NCBI RefSeq assembly: GCF_006345805.1
Contig: NC_043002.1
Location: 109,120,001 to 109,184,000, forward strand
Length of the DNA stretch: 64,000 nt
Origin: Octopus sinensis
Taxonomy: Eukaryota
Reading direction: 5' to 3'
Below, one piece after another: positions 23,593 to 33,830 of the stretch (position 1 is the first letter of the stretch; the number at the start of each line of letters is the position of its first letter). The position numbers and the translations under genes are program-made. The notes under the pieces were generated by a model. That model ran no database searches, was not told the origin of the DNA, and was given only the letters and a program-made list of their open reading frames with translations.

Positions 23593-23851
23593 TTATTACA
23601 GTTCTATATTTAAGAGATGAGGAATTATGTACATTATTTACATTTGACGGATATTTGTCCTCATCTTGTTTGTTGTTAACACAATATTTCGGCTGATATA
23701 CCCTCCAGCCTTCATCAGGTGTCTTGGGGAAATTTCGAACCTGGGTTCTCATTCCTAAGATAGCTTTCGATGTTATTATTCAGGTCACTGCCTGGAATCG
23801 AACTCGGAATCTTGGGGGTTAGTAGCCCGTGTTCTTGACCACTATGCCATG
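23593..23851 (-). mobile_element. tRNA-headed SINE carrying a hammerhead ribozyme and Penelope-like tail
   Basis: Minus strand: A box TGGCATAGTGG, GGG-CTACTAA-CCC anticodon-like arm, B box GAGTTCGATTCC, then hammerhead, then a tail shared with 48594-48690 and 48720-48830. Confidence 0.75.
23678..23723 (-). ncRNA. Minimal type-I hammerhead ribozyme
   Basis: GACAC-CUGAUGA-A-GGCUG(GAGGGUAUAU)CAGCC-GAA-AUAU-U-GUGUU: stem I GACAC/GUGUU, stem II GGCUG/CAGCC, palindromic loopless stem III AUAU, NUH = AUU; predicted cleavage between 23683 and 23682. Confidence 0.75.
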
Positions 23852-24536
23852 TTTGATGTTTTATTTTATCGTCCCAATGCTAAAATGACTATTGCATTAT
23901 TAGTTTATTTTTTTTGTTGTTTCCTCTTGACCAAGTACAGTACTGTTTTGTATCAACATTAGTTAGAAGAGTAGACTTAACTGTTTTTAATACCAGCCTG
24001 CCTGAGACCATCTTTGGTTCTATGATACAAACTTCCATTGAAGTTTTGTGTTATTTTAAACACCAGCTTTGCAATAAGTTATTTTACTAAATTCTTTGTC
24101 AATTTAGAACAGAAATATGGTAACAAAATGGTTAATGTGTTTGATGTGATACCTACCCCTTGACCTTCAGGTGATTTTAGTTGAGTCTACTACCCAATTG
24201 CAAGCACTAGGACAAGGTCTCCTCCTGTCTGAGGATAATTTTTGATATCTTGATGCACTGATTCCTGCTGCTTTTACCCATGCAGTATAGATTTCTTGCT
24301 CTTTTATCAATCTTTGAGATCCTGTGGTGTTAAAAAAAAAAAGAAATTCTGGTTACTAAGTTATAAAAAAAGTTTATTAGATCAATCCTTTATCATGTTT
24401 CTTGACTCTGGAAGAGTGAAAAGATAAAATTGACCTGGGAAAAAAAATTGAAATTTTAATAGTTTTTATTGTTATAAATCAACATTGTTTTGGGTTATTT
24501 GTTGAAATTTATAAGTTTTTTTCTTTTCTTTTCCAG

Positions 24537-24650
24537 GTCAACAATGGCCCAACATTGGCATGTTGTTCTTTATTGTATATGTTTAATATACAGCGTGGTA
24601 GCTGTTAGTAGAGAAAATTTCAAAACCTGTGAGCAAAGTGGCTTTTGCAA
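24537..24650 (+). CDS. GANAB: GANAB exon 2 (signal peptide; ...VVAVSRENFKTCEQSGFCK)
   Basis: Polypyrimidine-CCAG acceptor, AA|GTGAGT donor; NFKTCxxSxFCKR is the conserved N-terminal motif of glucosidase II alpha. Confidence 0.95.
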
Positions 24651-24690
24651 GTGAGTCATAAGTTTTAATAAAAGATATTATTGTTTTAAC

Positions 24691-25606
24691 CCATTTGATA
24701 CCATTTAAACCTGTGTTGAAGCTACCTTTTGGGATCTTTTCCTTTTTAAACGGCAGTTTGTAACATAATTTCTAGGTAACTAAAAAGTTTTAAACTACGT
24801 ATACTGGTAGAATGTATTTATAAAACATCATTTTCTCGTGGTTTTATTGAGAAAATTCTATAGTTTGTAAGATATTTCGTCTGAAAATCCGAGCATTTCG
24901 GCAATTTTAACCAATCGATTACCTCCATTGAACTAAAGTCATTTGCTGCGTCTAAAACTGAGACAACATCCTGTCACTAACCCCAAATTTTTTTTTCTTA
25001 ATTGTTAAATCAATTTAATTGTTATGTGTGTAAAAAAAACTAAAGCAATGGAAAATAATTTAAACAATTAACAAACAAAATAATTCTATAATTTTATACA
25101 CACGCTTTCCGTATACATACGGAAAGCGTGTGTATAAAATTATAGAATTCCGTATGTATACGGAAAGCGTGTGTATAAAATTTTGGGTTAGTGACAGGAT
25201 GTTGTCTCAGTTTTAGACGCAGCAAATGATTTTAGCTCAAAAGAGAGCATAGGATTGGTTAAAATTCTAAAACTTAAACTACGTTAAACAAACAAATTAC
25301 AATTTTCTCAAGAAAGCCAAGAGAAAAAAATGTTTTCTTTTGACACATTCTACCAGTATACGAAGTTTTAAAGTGTTTAGTTAACTAGAAATTGTCTGCC
25401 GTTCAAAAGGAAAAGATCCACCCTTTGTTCTATGATATAAACTTGCTTTTTTTTTTATTTAAAAGATGATTTGAATGAAAGTCTCCCATCAGAATTTTAT
25501 GTTTAAAAAAAGGATTAATGAGGAGTTATTTTACTAAATTCTTCATAAGTTTCAAAGTTAATTGAAATGAAGGCAGTGCATTTCAAGGGGTATGGTAAGA
25601 AAAGGG
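24691..25606. mobile_element. Foldback/MITE composite inside TTAA-flanked piggyBac-like ends
   Basis: Long imperfect inverted arms (~24732-24991 vs ~25177-25420; inner ~52 bp nearly perfect) around a perfect central hairpin; TTAACCC...GGGTTAA outer ends. Confidence 0.7.
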
Positions 25607-25859
25607 TTAACATCCACTTTTTCCATGTATGTATGAGTTGGATTGGTATTAAGGCAGATTTTATATGGACCATTGTCCCTTGTTACTAATCCTCACTTGT
25701 TTTCAAGCAAGGTAACATTTTCTCATGGCCAGACCAGTTTCCCACACAAGACAAAGGTGGGTGGAACCCCTCACGTACATAATAGTAGTTTTTGTTTACA
25801 ACCATCATGTGATGTCAAGGCAAGTGTACTCATGTACCCACACACACTGTATATAAATC

Positions 25860-27079
25860 TTGGGTCATCCTATAAATTTTTCTTTTTTTTTTACTTTATT
25901 TTTCAAAATTAAGATAAACGAAAATATTTTTTAATCTAAAATATACTCCTTCATTTTCTACAATGCTCGTCCACCTATCTGGTAGATATGTGAGGCTCCT
26001 CTTCCAAAATTCACTTGTCCATGATGAAAAATACTCCTTCAGTACTGTTCTTACCTCATCTACAGAATTCATATTTTTACGTCCAAATGATTTTGAAAAC
26101 TGCGGAATAAATAATAATCAGATGGGGCAATGTCTGGCGGATATGGTGGGTGGGGCATTGTTTCTCATTCGAACTACTCCAACCTTTGGAATGTCATCCT
26201 TGTTGTATGTGGCTGAGCATTATCCTGATGGAAGAACACCTTTCCTCTTGAAATAAAGATGGTTGTTTTCCTTCTAGTAGATCTCCTTTATCATTTGGTT
26301 TAGGTTTAAAAGTTCAGTGGACTAAACCTTTCATATCCCACCCAGACAACTCTTTACGTGAGTGAAGACCTTCTTTAGCTTGGGGTGTCAGTGTCTCTCC
26401 TTTCCCTAGCTCCTGTCTTTGACCAGAGAACCCATTTCTCGTCACGTCACTATTCGGTCCCCCCCCCCAAAGGTTCATTCAAGAGATGTGACAGCAAAGA
26501 AGAGCACACATTCACTCTCTGCATGCAATTTGACTTGGAAAGTTTGTGAGGAACCCATTGACCCAATTTGCTGACTTTTCTGATGACACATATGTGTTGG
26601 TGAATGGTTGAATAACCAAATCCAAGCTTCTCTGCTAGTTTCTTAAGTTACGATGGGATTTTGTTCCACCAGGGTTTGCAGGACGTCCTTGTCGAGCTCT
26701 ACAGATCTTCTAGGACGAAGCTCATCTTCTAGGTTGTAGTTTCAGGCTCAGAATTTCTGGAACCACCATTGACACTGGCTTATGCTTATTGTCTAATCCC
26801 CATATACTACATTAATATTCCTCGCACTTTCAGTTGTGTTGTCTTTATTGAACTAATAAGCCAAATATGCCGAATATGCTCCTTTGTCACTCCCATTGTA
26901 GCTTTGCAAAAATAACTGTTAAAATCGAACTGCACTCTTCAAAACTTGCACTAAGAATAAGTACCAGGTAAAATCACCACCTGCTTTTATAGCAAGTTGA
27001 TGCAGGTAGTTTATCCTGTCCCACTTCAGCTTTTAATTCATGCAATTGAAAAAACTGCATTATTTATGGGATGACCCAA
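25860..27079 (-). mobile_element. Full-length degenerate mariner (DD34D-type) transposon
   Basis: TIRs TTGGGTCATCC(T/C)ATAAAT (17/18 match), TA at the right end; minus-strand relic MGVTKEHIRHI (26896), LGQWVPHKL, HQDNAQPH, HPPYPPDIAPSDYYLFRS with stops and frameshifts. Confidence 0.88.
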
Positions 27080-27462
27080 TATATACTTGTATGTATGACA
27101 GGTTCTTTCAGTTTCCATCCACTGTATCCACACATAAGCCTTTGGTTGGTCTGATGCTGTTGTAGAAGCCACTTTTTACAAGGTGCTGTGCAGTGGAACT
27201 GAAACTGAACCCAAGGTCACGTGGTTGGGAATCAAGTTTCTTAGCCACACTATCACACTTGCACTATCAACTATACCTGCTTGAGTACACATATATGCAC
27301 GTGCACACATATATGCACATATTTTCAATCTACTAGATTTCATTTACAAGTGTTTGTTTGATCAAACTGATACAATAAAAAAAAAATTTGTTCAAAATGG
27401 TACACTCTGGAATCGAATGTAGAATTATGATCGTGAAGAATTTAACCACACAGTCATATCTA

Positions 27463-27692
27463 ATTCTTTATTACCCACAAGGGGTTAAATATAGAGGGAC
27501 AAACAAGGACAGACAAATGGACTAAGTCAACTGCATCAACCCCAGTGTGTAACTGGTACTTATTTAATCGACTCTGAAAGGATGAAAGGCAAAGTTGACC
27601 TATGTTCTGAATTTGGACTCGGAACATAGCAGCAGACAAAATGCTAAGCATTTTTCCTGGTGTGCTAACGATTGTGACAGCTCACCACCTTC
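27463..27692 (-). mobile_element. SINE family B
   Basis: 18-bp TSD ACCACACAGTCATATCTA (27445-27462, 27693-27710). Confidence 0.85.
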
Positions 27693-28049
27693 ACCACACA
27701 GTCATATCTACTTCGATTGGGTCTACTTTCTGATTGTCTGTGATCTAGTGTCGTGTTTCGTTTTTCTTCTGCCAATTTTCAATTAGTGAAGATGAGTTTA
27801 TGCTGTCAAGGAGTGTTGCTCACACATTCCTGGAGCAGTGGTCTCGCATATACAATCATATCATTTGTCCATTTTTTCATACTAGCAAGAGTTAGACAAG
27901 TCCTTCATTACCTGCCACACAACAAACACCAATTGAATGTCTATTGACATTCGTTTTTTTATTTTTTTTATAGAAATAGATAAGTAAATAAACTGAAACT
28001 TTTGTACATTTCATCTTTGTTATATACTTTTATAAAATTCCATTTCCAG

Positions 28050-28292
28050 GCGCCAAAGGGCAGTGGAAGCTGGTCATTCCTCATACGCTGTACTGCTGGA
28101 TTCTTTGGATTTAAAACCTTCAAGTATAACTTTGCAACTTGTTAACAGAAAAAACAATGTACGCTTTAAACTTGAGCTCTATGCTCTGGCACATAATATG
28201 GCTCGCATAAAATTAAACGAGTTCTCCCCATTAAAATCTCGATATGAAATTCCTATTGGAGATACTTTAATAAAAGAACCAGTTTTGCAGAA
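28050..28292 (+). CDS. GANAB: GANAB exon 3 (RQRAVEAGHSSY...RYEIPIGDTLIKEPVLQ)
   Basis: TTTCCAG acceptor, AA|GTAAGT donor, 243 nt, phase 2-2; overlaps ORF 28063..28296. Confidence 0.93.
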
Positions 28293-28707
28293 GTAAGTAG
28301 AATTATTTATTATTATTTTGTTAATTGGTTTTTGATTTTTTTTTTCTTTCTCTTCTCGAGGAATGTATTATCAAATTTAGGTTCGCTTCTTCATATACTT
28401 CTGTTTTTTTTACTCAGTCTTTCTCACCAATTTTTTTCCTTTTTATGGATCGAAGAGTCCGTAATAACATCAGGGATTTCACTCTGATTTTACAGCAAGT
28501 AAAATATATGCCAACATCTGAAACCATTAAACCAGACACATTTTTCTCTTTTTTCTTTTCTCATGCCTTTTTTGTTGAAGGGCACGGGCTTGAAACATCG
28601 AAGACTTTTCCATTTTCCCTAAAAGTCAAACTAATGTACATCGTTTGTTGTTCCCTCACCTGTCTCTGTCTTGTTTTTTATACATTTGAACCATAAACAT
28701 TGTCAGT

Positions 28708-29055
28708 GGAGGCGCAATGGCCCAGTGGTTAGGGCAGCGGACTCGCGGTCATAGGATCGCAGTTTCGATTCCCAGACCGGGCGTTGTGAGTGTTTATTGA
28801 GCGAAAACACCTAAAGCTCCACGAGGCTCCGGCAGGGGATGGTGGTGATCCCTGCTGTACTCTTTCACCACAACTTTCTCTCACTCTTACTTCCTGTTTC
28901 TGTTGTACCTGTATTTCAAGGGGCCGGCCTTGTCACTCTCTGTGTCATGCTGAATATCCCCGAGAACTATGTTAATTTCACAAGCAGGCTGTTCCGTTGA
29001 TTCGGATCAACCGGAACCCTCATCGTCGTAACTGACGGAGTGCTTCCCCCCTAAG
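28708..29055 (+). mobile_element. tRNA(Arg)-like SINE family A (internal ~40-bp deletion)
   Basis: A box TGGCCCAGTGG, TCG anticodon-like loop, B box AGTTTCGATTCC; 11-bp TSD ACATTGTCAGT. Confidence 0.9.
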
Positions 29056-30884
29056 ACATTGTCAGTTAACATTTGTCAATACCTCTTTGTAGAATTATGG
29101 TAAAAGAATTGAAAGTGTATTTATAAGCTTGAAGCAAACTGAAACCTAACTATATTGTGTTCATTCATTCATTGTTTTTACGTTCACTTTATCTATGTTG
29201 GTGGCCAAGATTGGATAAACTTCTTGGGACAGTATTTTACAGCTTGGATGCTTTTCCTCTCACCAACCTTAAGTTGTCTTCAAGTAAAATATTTGCCCCA
29301 GTGGTCTTTAAACCGTAAGTTTTGGGACATAAATATTACCACTACCGAGTGGTATTGACCTAATGACGTGGAGATATACACAAGCACTCCACACACACAC
29401 ACACATACACACACACACACATACTGAGCTTTCATACAATTTCCATTTATCAAATTTCTATCAAAATGATGATCATCATCATCGTTTAATGTCCGTTCTC
29501 CATGCTAGCATGGGTTGGACGGTTCGACCGAGGATCTGGGAAGCCAGAAGGCTGCACCACCCTCCGGTCTTATCTGGCAATGTTTCTACAGCTGGCAGAT
29601 AAAAATGTTTTTTCTATGTTTTGTCAGAAGGAATGGCAATGTCTGTGGGATGTGTGTGTGTGTGGCAGGGTGTTAAGAAATTTTATAAGTTAATGTTGGG
29701 AGAAACGACACAGTATATTTCAAAGATAGACATCCCTCATGTTGTAGAGGAAGTGATGGGAGTTAAGGGATGAAATGTGAGTTGGGGGAGAAGGTTGTGG
29801 ACATGTATTACCAAGATGGTTTAGGATTTCAATTCTGCTGATCTCAGTCCTTTGTCATTCTTCTTTGTGAGGCCCAGCATTTTGAGATTAGCTTTTAATA
29901 CTTCATTCCATGTCTTCCTGGGTCTCCCTCTTCCACAAATTTTGAATTATTAAAATCTGCACTGAGCATGTCTGCTAAATCCTAGATTAAGTATTTAAAT
30001 GCATCAAAGGACAGTTTTGTTTCTAGGGATAAATCTTCCAAAAATGGTATCTATTTACTGTTGAGATTTCTTTACATATTGTCATTCTCAGACTGGAGAC
30101 CTGCTCCAAATGTTTGCAACAGTAGACTTTTTACTGAAGCCCACAAGGACCAACTGATTGTGTGAAATCAGGTGATTCAGTCTATGCACAAGAGCAGTTT
30201 CAATAATTTAACCAGCAACTTGTATGTAGTTTTGCATCTATCCAGTTTCCCTGAAAAGACTGGGTCAGTCCAAGGTGATAGTTTGAAAACCTTCAATTTA
30301 TTCTGCTGTAGGATTGCTCCTGAAACTGTATGATTGCAAAGCAATCTCTTCAACTATAGTCTAGGTTCAGTACACTTTGATAGTTTAATATACATGAGCA
30401 AAACTGCTTGTTGTTACTTTGCCTTAGATCAGCCTTCTCTCAGCAAACCTATAACTTAAGGTATTCCCACCATGGCCATCTTGTCTCTATTCAAATGTAT
30501 TGTATCTTGAATTATATTATTAAATGTATCCTTTTTAAGATGGTTGAGGGTTATTTGGTTGCTATTTCTAGTAGGTTTAATGATAACAGCAGAGAAACTT
30601 TTCTCTGACTCAAATCACAATTTCTGATTGTCTGTGATCTAGTGTCGTGTTTCGTTTTTCTTCTGCCAATTTTCAATTAGTGAAGATGAGTTTATGCTGT
30701 CAAGGAGTGTTGCTCACACATCCCTGGAGCGGTGGTCTCGCATATACAATCATCATATCATTTGTCCATTTTTTCCATACTAGCAAGAGTTAGACAAGTC
30801 CTTCATTACCTGCCACGCAACAAACAGCAACACAAACTTGTCAAGTGTGTTGTATATCATGTTTTTGGTATGTTTTATAGTTGA

Positions 30885-31285
30885 CTAGCAGTATCGCCAG
30901 GCGTTGCTCGGGTTTGTAAGGGAAATAACTATATAAGCATTTTTAGAGAGTTATAGCCAAAAAATAGCAAAAAAATGCACTAAAAATGGGAAAAAAATTA
31001 TGGTAAATTTTTTTTTAAATCGTTGACTCATCGTAGACATTTTTAGAGAGTTACTTCCCTTATATAATAGCGAAAAAATGTATTAAAATGGAAAAAAATG
31101 ATGGTAAATTTTTTTTTAAATCGTAGACTCATCTTAGACGCGCGCTAATACCCAGAAGGGCTCGATATGAATCACGACTATAAGATACCCGGTTTTGGTT
31201 AAACTGCACCGCAAAATGTGGGAGTAGTTAGGAATCTAAATCGTAGGAGACAGACAGCACACAACCTCACTTTTATATATAAAGA
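30885..31285 (-). mobile_element. Non-autonomous Helitron
   Basis: Minus strand starts TC(TTTATATATAAAAG), ends CTAG with an imperfect GC hairpin about 8 nt upstream; inserted between A and T, no TSD; internal tandem duplication. Confidence 0.8.
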
Positions 31286-32181
31286 TTCCCTTATGACCAA
31301 TCATTTTACAGCATGGACTGAGTGCATTTTATTTTGCCACTGTCACTAGAGATGGTCTTAATGGAACTTTAAAATTCCCTTCTATCCTGTTACCCCCTGT
31401 TATGTTTTTTTCTCTATTTTAGTTAGCTTTTGTTTGTTTTATTTGGATGCTCTCTTACCAACCACTTTACATGCTGTCACTGCTAATTCACAGTTATTGC
31501 TCACTTAGATGTGTTGCCTTCTCTGTGGCTTGCAACAGTTCTCATCTATGTAACTAGGGTGGGTCTCTTTTTAATTCATATACGAGGTGTAGTCAAAATG
31601 CGTCTGACCTTGATTTTCTTTTCTTGCACAAAATAATGAGCAAAATCCTCATGGGTATTTGGTGGCTGCATTCTTGAGCATGCGCACAAATTTATAGTCT
31701 TGCAAGTTGCAAGTTGATCTCACCAGTGCTGGTGGCACAGAAAAAGCACCAAGGTGGTCAGTTAGTTTCTATTGCTGGATGTCATTCCTCTGTCAAACCA
31801 CACACTGGAGCACAGTGCAGTGTTTGGATCAGTTTGATCCTATCAAACAATTGAGACCATGTTAGCATGGAACATGGGTGTTAAATGATGAAGAATATTC
31901 GAGTACAGCTGAAATGTTTGTCTTGAAAGGAATTGGCTTCATTCAGGTTAATGGTTTGTCTTCCACCTTACTGTGATATTTGTTTATACAAAGTTAGACA
32001 GGGCTATTAACATTTATCTTCCAAATAGATGTTGTGCAAAACTAGTTTATGAACCCTTAAACATCCAAACATTTGGCTGAAGATTTGTTTGAGAAGTTGT
32101 TTGGCTGCAGATAAATACTGATTATTCATGCCTATTACCATATTATTCCAGCTGTGGTTATCTTGTTTTTACCTCAGGAAT

Positions 32182-32345
32182 AATAATAATAATAAAACAT
32201 TGTGTACAGTGCTCAGGTGCACTACAACTCATCTAAAGTGTATGTATAATCAGGTGTAGTTTCGGCGGATTTCGGAAAGCATGAGGGCCTTAAAGGATGC
32301 AGTGTCATGGCAGTCAACAACTGACGCAGGCAGTTTATTCTATGC
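32182..32345 (-). mobile_element. LINE/SINE 3' end with (ATT)n tail
   Basis: Reverse complement matches 53240-53338 (GAAACTACACCTGATT...GCACTGTACACAAT(TAT)n). Confidence 0.6.
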
Positions 32346-33478
32346 TTCAGCAACTCTGAGCGTGAAAAAATGTTTCTGAAAGTCATGGGAGCTGTGTTGT
32401 TTTCTGACTTTGTAGGCATGTCCACGTGTGTTAGGCACATGGAGATCAAAAAGGTGTTCAGTGTTGTTGTTGGTGGTGAGGTGGTTGATAACTTTGTGGC
32501 ATGACCACATTATCCATTATTTTTTCTAAAAGTGTCATTTGAGGAAGATTTGGTTTCTACTTCTTGCAGATCAAGTGACTTCGTTAAATAGCTTTATGGA
32601 TAAAATATAGCACTGCTGTTTTATGGTTTGTGAGCTCACATCTACTACAGCTAACTCATTGTGTTTGTGAACACACACTCACACTTTCTCTCTTCCTCAT
32701 TGTTCCAGTTCATGTAGTTGTCTGAAATTACAACCAGATTTCCTTGGCATATGTCAATATATTATTATTTATCCATTGTGACATTCCCCTTTGATCATGT
32801 CTGAACAAGCAAATGACTCCTTTCATCAAATAAAAGCACGAGAATCTTTTTTTTAAACCTGTTTATCAGTGAAATGTTCAAAAAGCTAAGATTGTTCTTT
32901 TACGAAATATTTATTAATTGTGATGTTTAAAAGCATTTCAGTGAATATTCACATGCAAGCTATCTGCAGTGTTTCATGTTTTCAGTTTTTGTTGAGATGT
33001 GTTGTTATTGCTTCTAGGTTAAAATACTCTGTTTTTGATTTCTTTTTTTTTTCTCTCTCTCTCTCTCTATTGTTTGTGGTCTCTGCAAACATGGCTCACT
33101 GTATTCTGAGCTCTTTAAATGGTCTAATGACCACAGAAATAAACAAAATGCTTATCTCTCTCCACCTTAACAGAACTTAACCAGTATACAGAAAGTTGTT
33201 TCTATAACATTTTATTGTTCAATCTCTCTCTCTCTCTCCCTCCTCTTCCTTGTCTTAAACGATTCCAACTGGAACATTAAAGAATCATCATCATCATCGT
33301 TTAGCATGGAAAACGGACGCTAAACGATGATGATGATGATGATTCTTTAATGTTCCAGTTGGAATCGTTTCATTCATGCTGGTAATGCTATTGAGAAAAA
33401 TTACGAGTGTTGCAACTTTATTATTTCTCTTATGGAGCATCTTTATATTTTCAAAACATCCGGTTGCCTTTTTTTTTT

Positions 33479-33830
33479 AATACTTGTTTCAGTCATAAGA
33501 CTATGGCCATGCTGGGGCATACCTTGAATTTTTAATCAAATGAATTGACCCTGGTTCTTTTTCTTTAAGCCAGGTACTTATTCTATTGGTACCTCTTGCC
33601 AAACCGCTAAGTTATGGGGACATAAACAAACCAACACTGGCTGTCAAGCAGTGGTGGGAGACACAAACACAGATGTGCATGTATGACGGACATCTTTCAG
33701 CTTCCGTCTACCAGATTCACTCACAATGATTTGCTCAGCCTGAGGCTATAGTAGACACTTGCCCTAGGTGCCACGCAAATCCATGTAGTTGGAAAGTAAA
33801 TTCCTTACCACACAGCCACCTCTGCTGCTC
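33479..33830 (-). mobile_element. SINE family C (diverged)
   Basis: Matches the 56138-56539 copy along its length. Confidence 0.75.

Noticed and set aside
28708-28780. tRNA-Arg gene
   Set aside because: No complete cloverleaf or acceptor stem; runs straight into SINE body flanked by a TSD. All tRNA-like heads here are SINE-derived.
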